The translations under genes were made by a program, and so were the position numbers. Under the pieces are notes generated by a model, which made no database searches, was not told the DNA's origin, and was given only the letters and a program-made list of their open reading frames with translations. DNA of 64,000 nt from Octopus vulgaris (lineage: Eukaryota). Within the stretch, counting starts at the first letter, position 1. Every line of letters begins with the position of its first letter. The stretch covers positions 48,918,001 to 48,982,000 of the forward strand of contig OX597832.1 in assembly GCA_951406725.2 (NCBI GenBank), read 5' to 3'. Below are positions 54,232 through 64,000 of the stretch, one piece after another.

Positions 54232-54241
<10 letters not shown>

Positions 54242-54395
54242 TATTAGAGACAAAACCACTATTTTGCAAAACAAACAAGGAAAGACTTAATCAATACATA
54301 AAATTTTAATAAATTTATTAAAATTTTATGTATTGATTAAGTCTTTCCTTGTTTGTTTTGCAAAATAGTGGTTTTGTCTCTAATAATATTTTATA
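54232..54395. repeat. 164 bp perfect spacerless palindrome
   Basis: 82 bp arms with the centre at 54313/54314 (TAATAAA|TTTATTA), between (TA)n tracts. Confidence 0.9.
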
Positions 54396-54467
54396 ATATT
54401 TTACTATAAAATTGGATTTAATCCTAAATCTGATTTTTTTCCCTGTAAATTTGGATTTATTCCCTAA

Positions 54468-54598
<131 letters not shown>

Positions 54599-54619
54599 AG
54601 ATAAAACAGCACATGACGT

Positions 54620-54920
54620 TGTAGGTGGGGCCCAGTTAGAATTTTCTTCTGGTCGAGTAACCCATTCCGCTCAAAAGGTCTCTGAATAAGAGTTGTTTAA
54701 CGATGTTGAACGAAACACCCATGTTTCAAGAGGTGAATTACTCAAACCCCAGAGAAATCTTCTCAACACATAGCTATGATGCTCCCCCACTACTTCTGCT
54801 CGTGATCAGAGATGCACGTATCGTCAGCCACTAAGGGACATGGTCAACTGGTTATGGTCGGACAACTGACAAGCAAATCTGTGGTATTGAGCAAAATATT
54901 TGCTGTAGCCCATCTTTTAT
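54620..54920 (-). mobile_element. Interspersed repeat, same family as 36710-36883
   Basis: CAACTGACAAGCAAATCTGTGGTATTGAGCA..TTTGCTGTAGCCCAT. Confidence 0.65.
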
Positions 54921-54928
54921 ACTATCTT

Positions 54929-55038
<110 letters not shown>

Positions 55039-55439
55039 TTTCATGTTGGCTTTAATGTATTGACAGTAAGAAACATGATGAGTGTATGTAAATGATCTTC
55101 ATGATGATGATGATGATGAAAAGAATCATGATGATGATGAGGGAGGAGGAAGGAAGAGGAGAAGGAGCCGGATCCTGTTGCGGCTGTTGATGATGATGAC
55201 TATACACAATTGTTGACGGAGGTGGAGAAGGTTCTCGAATTTACATTTCGCTCCAATTTATACGTGTTAATGGTTTCAATTTGAGTAGTATTAAAATGCA
55301 GAACGCTTCCCTGGGGCACTTTCGCTCCGCCCTGTTCTTGAAATTTATAACCTTTACACACACACACACATGTATGTATTTATCTATGTATATATGTATA
55401 TATGTATGTATACACACACAAACACACACTACACACACC

Positions 55440-55745
55440 AACTAATACATACTAATACGTACTAATACATACTAGTACATACTAATACTTACACCAACCC
55501 TATACATACACACGTCCAGACCCGCATACACACTTATATACTCTCTCTCACACACACACACACACCTATACATACCAATACGTACTAATACATACTAATA
55601 CATACTAATACATACACCAACCCCATACATACGCACGTCCAGACCAATCTTACGCACTAATACTCTCTCATACACACACACACACACACACACACCCTTA
55701 TACATACTAATACATACACCAACCCTATACATACACACATCCAGA
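55440..55745. repeat. Minisatellite of ~110-125 bp units built on ACTAATACAT subrepeats
   Basis: ACACCAACCC.ATACATAC.CAC.TCCAGACC occurs three times. Confidence 0.8.
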
Positions 55746-55857
55746 CCCCTCCCACGTACTTTTAGCTGGTCCCTCAACCCTTTTATCAACCCTATTATCT
55801 CCCCTTATTTCGCTCTCGCGTCTCATGTTTGATCTTTGACCTCTGGCCGAAATCAGA

Positions 55858-56068
55858 TCGCCATGTTGATTCGTTAGCTACTGCACGCATTTTTTTCTCT
55901 CCTTCTTTCTGTGTTTTTCTCTCTCTGTGTATCTTTCTGTTGAAGAGCGTAGGCTCGAAACGTTAAAGACTTGTTTTATTTATATTTCCTGAGCGCCATA
56001 CTAATACAATTGTTCGTTTGTTTTCCACCTGCCTTCGTCTTTTGTTTATTTTCATAAAGCCTCCCGTT
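55858..56068 (+). mobile_element. ~200 bp hammerhead-bearing element, third copy
   Basis: Reverse complement of the 4603-4794 and 6243-6426 family. Confidence 0.7.
55932..55969 (+). ncRNA. Minimal type I hammerhead-like motif, variant core
   Basis: TCTTT-CTGTTGAA-GAGC-gtag-GCTC-GAAA-CG-TT-AAAGA. Confidence 0.6.
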
Positions 56069-56119
56069 ATATATATATATATATACACACACACATATAC
56101 ATACGTATATATATAACAC

Positions 56120-56186
<67 letters not shown>

Positions 56187-56232
56187 CACACAAACACACA
56201 CACGCATATATAATGCTTTAATACTATATATA

Positions 56233-56403
56233 TGTGGTCTGATCAATAAGTATCCGGACTGTTGCCATAGTAACGAGGCTAAAGCACGCGGTGTGAAACT
56301 GCTTTGCACAGATTGACCTTGAATTTCGCTGTGCATGCGCACTAAGTTTTCACGATCTAACTCACTTCCGCTGTTCACAATAGTGTTTGGAAGGAAGGTG
56401 TGT
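56233..56403 (+). mobile_element. Mariner 5' end
   Basis: TGTGGTCTGATCAATAAGTATCCGGACTGTTGCCATAG matches both ends of 45202-46084. Confidence 0.8.
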
Positions 56404-56621
56404 AATTCATTATAAATCTTGAATTATGCTTGCACCGATGAGTGAAGAGTACATGTAACTGCACCAATTACGAAATCATTGGTGATCTGCAGCTGAATTC
56501 TGTTTTTAAGTGAATTGCTCCGAGTCTTGCTTTCGGTGCGATATGTTTATTTATTTTAGTAGTTTTGACTTTAAGAATCCCTCCTAGCGTGTGGCATTTA
56601 TATGTCATAATGCCCTCTATA

Positions 56622-56665
<44 letters not shown>

Positions 56666-57204
56666 CAAAATGGGATAAAACATCCGCACAATTTGTGATA
56701 CAAAAATGGGACAACAAAACATCCAGATAGACGACACAAAAACAAAAAAAGGACGGGTGATTTCCTTTCCTTAGTCAAGTACCAGACTATCTTCGCAATT
56801 TTGGCTGATTATACTTGAGATTGCTCTAATCTGGCCAGCCCCAAGGAAAAACTAAGCTAAGAGCATTAGATTCCTTGGAAGAAAGCAGCGAATGTATACA
56901 AAAACAAGGACAGAGAAAACCGGACAATGTTACACAAATGCAATAATATATAAATACATATATAGTCATCAAATGAAGGTTAATATTTTGAAACTAGTTC
57001 AAGAAACCTGGAACTTCTAGCGGTCGCGTGATGCAATTTATACTTACTCCACCCAATAGGAGATTCTAAAAGTCTCAGTCATTTGAAACTCAGCACCACA
57101 CACGCACGCGCACTCACCCACGTATAAAGGCACATGATTGTCTGTGTACACACACACACACACACACGCAGACACACACACACACACACATATATATACA
57201 TATA

Positions 57205-57248
<44 letters not shown>

Positions 57249-57277
57249 TATACATATATATATACATATATATATAT

Positions 57278-57310
<33 letters not shown>

Positions 57311-57313
<3 letters not shown>

Positions 57314-57553
57314 CGCAATGGCCCAGTGGTTAGGGCAGCGGACTCGCGGTCGAAGGATCGCGGTTTCGATTTCCAGACCAGCACTTGTGAGTGTTTATTG
57401 AGCAAAAACACCTAAAAGCTCCACGAGGCTCCAGCAGGGGGTGGTGATCCCTGCTGTACTCTTCCACCACTCTTTCTCCCACTCTTTCTTCTGTTGGCCT
57501 GCTCGCTTAGCCAGCGGGGTGGCGTCATTCGATGGTCTGGTCGGTCACGTGAT

Positions 57554-57560
<7 letters not shown>
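57311..57560 (+). mobile_element. tRNA-derived SINE family C (octopus OR-like)
   Basis: A-box TGGCCCAGTGG, B-box-like GGTTTCGATTTCC, and 3' end GGTCACGTGATCACGTGA followed by (TA)n. Confidence 0.8.
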
Positions 57561-57590
<30 letters not shown>

Positions 57591-57592
<2 letters not shown>

Positions 57593-58140
57593 CGAAGAAT
57601 ATAAATGCAGATATTTATACATACCGTTATGAACAACATATACCCACAGAAATATATAATCATTCACACGTATACACCATTTAAATCTAATTCATTCACT
57701 ACAAACCATGTTCTTTTAAGATCAAAATAGTACCGCAGTAAATCTAAATTGATCAGCAGTAATAAAACATATTTATAATTAAATTATAAATATGCTTTTA
57801 ATTATAATTATGCTTTATTACCTCAGATCAATTTATATTTACTGTGATATTATTTTGATCTTAAAAGCACACGTGGTTTGTGAGGAATTAATTACATTTG
57901 AATAGTATATAGGTGTGTATGTGTTTGTATATATATGTATATATTCGTGTGTATCTGCGTTGTTCATGTCCGTATGTGTAAATATTTATATTCTTTGGGC
58001 ATTTCATACTGAAGACGGCAGGGGGAAATTGCTTTCCTGAGCCAGGAACCGATTAATGAGTGACCCTTTTATGAGTAAAAATCTGATTTATTCATTAGTT
58101 CGCTTTCAGCATGCGCTAAACGAGTAATATAATTTTTATT
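57591..58140. mobile_element. PLE-like remnant: ~410 bp imperfect palindrome followed by a decayed hammerhead
   Basis: 57591-~57780 is inverted relative to ~57800-57999. 58004-58059 reads TCATA-CTGAAGA-CGGC..GCCA-GGAA-CCGA-TT-AATGA. A third arm lies at 59070-59410. Confidence 0.6.
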
Positions 58141-58164
58141 TATTATTTATTTTATTTTATTTTA

Positions 58165-58556
58165 CCTAGTTTCAGCTCACGAGCTGTGGCCATGCTGGGG
58201 CACCGCAATTTGATGTTGCTACATGATTTTACTTCACGAATGCTTTTTAGCAATTGCCATTTGGTGCATGAGAGAATTCGATGCAGTTGCCCTCATCTGC
58301 ACCTCCTGCCGTGAAGTTGGTTCATCTGGGACACCTGACAGGAAGAGATCCAGTTTTATTTTAAAAACATCTGCATCCACCCCATGCAGGTCTCTCAGGT
58401 TCTTCGGGAGGATATTGAAGAGCTGTGGGCCTCTGAAGCCCAGGCTATTACAGTATCTTGTCATACATTTTGATGGCAAATTTGGAGTCCTTGGCACCAT
58501 GCAATTGCGGCCAGTTCTAGTATTTGTGTAACTCTTGATGCCAAAGTTTGGGACAT
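58165..58556 (-). mobile_element. CR1-like LINE 3' fragment, same family as 24545-25120
   Basis: RYCNSLGFRGPQLFNILPKNLRDLHGVDADVFKIKLDLFLSGVPDEP. Tail GCGGTGCCCCAGCATGGCCACAGCTCGTGAGCTGAAAC. Confidence 0.85.
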
Positions 58557-58639
58557 TGAGCTATTTGCATCTATTTCTAGTGTCCTCACCCTTTGCTATA
58601 ATTATATCTGTATAATTATATATCAGAATAAATCGTTCT

Positions 58640-59010
58640 CTTTTATTCTTTTACTTGTTTCAGTCATTTGACTGCGGCTATGCTGGAGCACCTCCGTTTA
58701 GTCAATCTAATCGAACCCAGGAATTATTCTTTGTAAGCCTGGTACTTAGTCTGTCGGTACCTTTTGCCGAACTGCTAAGTTTCTGGGACGTAAACGCACC
58801 AACGTCGGTTGTCAAGCCGATGGTGAGGGGATAAACATAAACACACAAACATTCAGTTTCAGTTTCCGTCTACCAAATCCACTCACAAGGCTTTGTTCGG
58901 CCCGAGGCTATAGTAGAAGACACTTGCCCAAGTTGCCACGCTGTGGGACTGAACCCGGAATGGTGTGGTTGGGAAGCAAGCTAGCTTATCACACAGCTAT
59001 ACGAGCGCCT
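58640..59010 (-). mobile_element. SINE family A
   Basis: TTGTTTCAGTCATTTGACTGCGGCTATGCTGGAGCACC..TGGGACTGAACCCGGAA. Confidence 0.85.
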
Positions 59011-59069
59011 AAATATTTTAACACGATGACAACTTGACAAAATCATTAAATATGTTTTATCGTTTATTA

Positions 59070-59213
59070 ATTCATTATAAGTATGTATTATTACTTCTGA
59101 TCAATTTATATTTACTGCGGTACTATTTTGATCTTAAAAGCGCGTGGTTTGTGGTGAATGAATTCGATTTAAACTGTATATATGAGTGAATGTATATATA
59201 TAATCGTGTATAC

Positions 59214-59244
<31 letters not shown>

Positions 59245-59409
59245 CGTGTGTGTGTGTGTGCGTTTGTATGTATGTATATATATATATATATATATATATA
59301 ATCGGGGGGGTATATGCTTTTCGTATCGTTGTATATATAAATATCTGCATTTATATTCTTCAGACATCTCATACCGAAGAGGAAATTAATTTCCTAAGAC
59401 AGAAATCGA

Positions 59410-59410
<1 letters not shown>
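59070..59410 (+). mobile_element. Further copy of the PLE-like repeat at 57591-58140
   Basis: GATCAATTTATATTTACTGCGGTACTATTTTGATCTTAAAAG is shared. The copy ends in a decayed CTCATA-CCGAAGA..AGAAATCGAT. Confidence 0.55.
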
Positions 59411-59492
<82 letters not shown>

Positions 59493-59584
59493 ACATAGAC
59501 ACAGATGTAAATATTACTTGAATACTAAAACTGGATTAAATAAGTTCTCAACTTTGTGATTCAGGGTTTATGTGTTTATGTGTT

Positions 59585-59653
<69 letters not shown>

Positions 59654-59846
59654 GCGCGCGCGCACCGGCAGATAAGCGTACGCACGATCGGAAAGAAGGT
59701 TTAAAACATGATCCGCGAGCCTCAAATATAATATAACGGCTTCACTAAGAAATGCATAACTCCTATACGCGTAGGAGTGGGCGAAGGGCTTAGCTGGAGG
59801 CCCAACCTTCTGAGTTCTTTTACAGGGCTTAGAAAAACTGAAGGAG

Positions 59847-59955
59847 GGCTGCAATAAGTTTGTGAATCTGAGAGGGGAATATGTTGAATAAAATCATAAT
59901 TAACTGATCCTCCTGTATTTTCTTTTTACCCAGAGCCAGGAACTTTTCAGCACCC
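59847..59955 (+). mobile_element. Mariner 3' end
   Basis: Encodes KFVNLRGEYVE* (mariner C-terminus CV...GEYVE), followed by the TIR-like GGAACTTTTCAGCACCC. Confidence 0.65.
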
Positions 59956-59960
59956 AAAGA

Positions 59961-60000
<40 letters not shown>

Positions 60001-60048
60001 AGTGTGTATTACACATGTGTGATTGTGTGTATGTATATATCAATATAT

Positions 60049-60149
<101 letters not shown>

Positions 60150-60229
60150 TGTATATATATATATATATCTACATATATATTTATATGTGTGTATACTTAT
60201 ATATGTATACGAATATATGTGTGTGTATG

Positions 60230-60270
<41 letters not shown>

Positions 60271-61069
60271 GTTTATTGACATTTATTTATATACACGCCC
60301 AATTGTACATATATACATTATACACACACACACAAACACATATAAATATACATATACAATACAGTTCAACTGTGTATTCTATGTTTATCTGTTTAACCGT
60401 TTCATGTTTCTCATCGCTCGTCTCTGCCCACCATATTGGAGAAGTCATGTTTTGGCAAACGCAACAAGCTGTTACCTGACCAGGAGGTCTTACTCTTCAT
60501 ATTCATTACAACGGGAAGATTTATTTCACTGTACATTATTCCAGTAGTAGTAGTAGTAGTTTCTTTTTTTGTTGTAGTTGCCTCTGATGAAGTATTTTGC
60601 AGTGTTAGCAACAATCTTGGGAAATAGCTTTTCTTTTTCTTTCTATTTTGTTTTGTTTTGTTTTGTTTTTTTCAGAAAGATGGAATAAGCATAAATGGAA
60701 TAATGAAATAATAGAATATAGGAATAATGAAATAATAGATTACTAGAGTAATGGAATGATGGAATAATAATAAAAAAATGATGACTATGCAAGTCTAAAT
60801 TTTACACTATATATTAATTTTTTCAATAATTAATATCATTCATTTATGCTATTTATCATCATCCTCTCCTCCTCATCATCATCATCACACACCAGCAACA
60901 CCACCACCATTATCAGCGTCATCATTGATATCATTATTTTCATTATTATTATAGTTGCTGTTGTTGTTGTTTTGTTGTAGTAATGGAGGTCAGCTGGTAG
61001 ACCCGTTAGCATGCCGGACAAAATACTTAGAGGCATTTCGTCTGTCATTACTTTCTGAGTTCAAATGAC

Positions 61070-61392
61070 ACTACGTTGAAAAGTAGTCGTGTTCTGCCCT
61101 TACCTTCGACAGACGCATTGAGTCGAAGCAGGGGCAGCTGAAGAAGGGGAATGTTCCTTGCGTTGTATGTCTTGTACTCTGTTTTTTCGTTGTTAAAAAA
61201 AGTCCGTTTCCTCGTTTTTTTTATGTTTTCGTTTCTCGTTGTGTTCTACGTTTATTTTTTGTGGTGTCCTGTACTCATATATGCATGTATATATACATAT
61301 ATATGTAGGTATGTACATATATGTATGTATGCATATGTTTTATTTATTAAATTGTTATATGATCGAACGCCACGCGTCTTCTTCCAAGTAGG
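61070..61392 (+). mobile_element. Repeat of the 23460-24275 family
   Basis: GTCCTGTACTCATATATGCATG..ATGATCGAACGCCACGCG..TTCCAAGTA, with CTGAAGAAGGGGAATGTTCC upstream. Confidence 0.55.
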
Positions 61393-61409
61393 TTATATAT
61401 ATATATATA

Positions 61410-61641
61410 TGCGGCGAGCTGGCAGAATCGTTAGCACGCCGGGCGAAATGCGTAGCCGTATTTCGTCTGCTGTTACGTTCTGAGTTCAAATTCCGCCGAG
61501 GTCGACTTTGCCTTTCATCCTTTCGGGGTCGATTAAATAAGTACCAGTTCGCACTGGGGTCGATATAATCGACTTAATCCGTTTGTCTGTCCTTGTTTGT
61601 CCTCTCTGTGTTTTAGCCCCTTGTGGGTAGTAAAGAAATAG
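61410..61641 (+). mobile_element. SINE family B (head plus one unit)
   Basis: GCGGCGAGCTGGCAGAATCGTTAGCACGCCGGGCGAAATG...AGTAAAGAAATAG. Confidence 0.9.
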
Positions 61642-61679
61642 TTATATATATATATATATTCTGAAAATAACAATAACTG

Positions 61680-61720
<41 letters not shown>

Positions 61721-62177
61721 CACGCATACACACACACAACACACATACACATTTACATATATATACACGTATATATATATTGACAATATTAAAAATAAGG
61801 ATTACTCCCAAGTAGCAATAGCATTATCTTTAATTCTATAATCATATACTGCTTTATATATATATATACACGCATAGATACTTGGATATGCATATATATA
61901 CAGATATCTTTGTATGCATCAGTGCACAGGTGTATACATATCTATGTGAATACTTATAGATTTATGTCTGAATATAATGCATATGTATCTATGAGTGTAT
62001 GTGTGTGTGTGTGTGTGTCGGAAAACGAAATGTCTATTGTCACTTTTCCATCAGATTCTATCCTCTTTTAATACGTATATGTATGTGTGTGTATGTTTGT
62101 GTTTATCTATTTATTAAGTATCTGTAGTTTTCTCAATCTCTCAGTCTATCTCTGTCTGTCTGTCTGTCTCTCTCTAC

Positions 62178-62261
<84 letters not shown>

Positions 62262-62867
62262 ATCTCTCCGCCGCCCTCTCCACACGCGCACACAAAACGT
62301 AAGAGATTATGTGACTGGTTATATGTGGCTGTATGATACAAAAGAAAATTACTTTCATGTCGCTTCCTTTAAAATATATTTGATATCATTATTTTGTGTT
62401 AGATTGGCAAATATGACATCGACATCGACATCGACTCAAGAAAAACATTAGAATTAAAACTTGTGTATAAACCATTACGACTGTTAGCACAAATTTCTAT
62501 TCTGTTCAAACTGATTAGGCAAGTTTTTCGTAAAATTTCGCATGAATGAATAAGAAGGTATAACATTGGAGAGAACTAATAATGCAAGTTTCTATAATAA
62601 ACTAAAATGTACTATCAAACGTCAGAAATCTAATTTACTTTGATATAAACAAGAGAACTGAAGAAGATGCATTTTGTAATCTTCCGCCATTATTATTGTG
62701 TAAACACAGCCGCCATTTTCTAATGTGCTTTCTCAACTTCACATTGCTTCATGTGTGTATGGGTACGAATATACTTAAGTATACGTGTGTGTGTGTGTGA
62801 GTGTGTGAGTGTGTGTGATTGTGTGTGTGTGTGTGTGCGTCAGTGCTTCGATAATGGATAATTTATT

Positions 62868-62902
<35 letters not shown>

Positions 62903-63547
62903 ATGAATTATGTTACATATATATGTGTATATATATATTAATATATATATATCTTAAAATGTGCATGTGTATATATATATAAATTATATATACGTATATA
63001 TATATATAAATATATATTATGCATGCATACATATACACACACATGTATATATAATGATTGATATTTACGTGTGTGTTGTAAAGTGTTATGTGTACATGTG
63101 TGCATTGGATTTCAAATGCTGTATACGACGAATGCTTTTGTAACACACACAAAGACACACAAACACACACATACACTCGCATACACACGCACAAATATAT
63201 ATGAATATAAATAGATACATACATACATAATATAGATCAGTATACGGCAATACTGATAATTGGAAACATTTCTATGTCTATGTATATATGTGTGTGTATA
63301 TATATATGTAGTATATATATGTATATATATATACATATATATATATAATATATACATATATGTGTGTGTATATACATATATAGATAGAGAGAGAGAGAAA
63401 GGGAGGAGAGAGAGAGATAGACAGACAGATATAGTCAGACAGATAGATAAATACTTACATACATACATGCAAACATACACACAAAGACAAACACATATAT
63501 ATACACACATGCATATAAATATAAATGTCTGTTTGTGTGTGTGTGTG

Positions 63548-63592
<45 letters not shown>

Positions 63593-64000
63593 GTATATGT
63601 ATAGATACGTGCGCGTGCCAGTGTATTAACATATATGTGTTAGAAAGTGAAATAAATTTACTTACAAACGTACAGACAATACCAGCTTTTTATTTCCTAT
63701 AAATATGTGAACGTTTTCCTATGGTTCTAAATGTTTTTTCTATCATTCACTGCCGAGAAGTCTGGTTTGTCAGAAAAGTGTCTTTGCATACAAATTTCAG
63801 AAAATTGTATTATATTCCACAGGCTCACATAGTATAATTGAATCTTTAGAACACAGACGTACGTGTGGATGTTTAAACAAGCAGACAGGATTAGATATAA
63901 ACTTGCCAGGGACTGTTTGTTTTGTCTCATCCTCGCTACATTTATGTCAATAAAGGACAATTATTTTGGTTTCTTTCATAAAACGTCTTATTTATATATT

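Noticed and set aside
63823-63858. 36 nt plus-strand micro-exon candidate (GSHSIIESLEHR)
   Set aside because: Too short to distinguish from chance without transcript data.

Overview
AT-rich, microsatellite-saturated animal DNA whose SINE repertoire points to an Octopus genome (inference). I found no convincing host protein-coding gene, so the window looks like a large intron or intergenic tract. Almost all ORFs in the track are translations of (TA)n, (CA)n, (GATA)n and (TAA)n arrays. The non-satellite sequence is a mosaic of mobile elements: several tRNA-derived SINE families; CR1-like, RTE, Dong/R4 and CRE-like LINE relics; mariner and hAT relics and MITEs; Helitron pieces; and many Penelope-like (PLE) remnants. 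The most interesting signal is a set of type I hammerhead ribozyme (HHR) motifs in PLE-derived repeats. One has a canonical core (444-514). A three-copy ~190-210 bp element carries a shared non-canonical core (CUGUNGA-A) and varies almost only at the positions a hammerhead tolerates. One further motif has a U3-A8 compensated core. Boundaries were read by eye and are approximate unless stated; family names come from motif recognition, not database searches.
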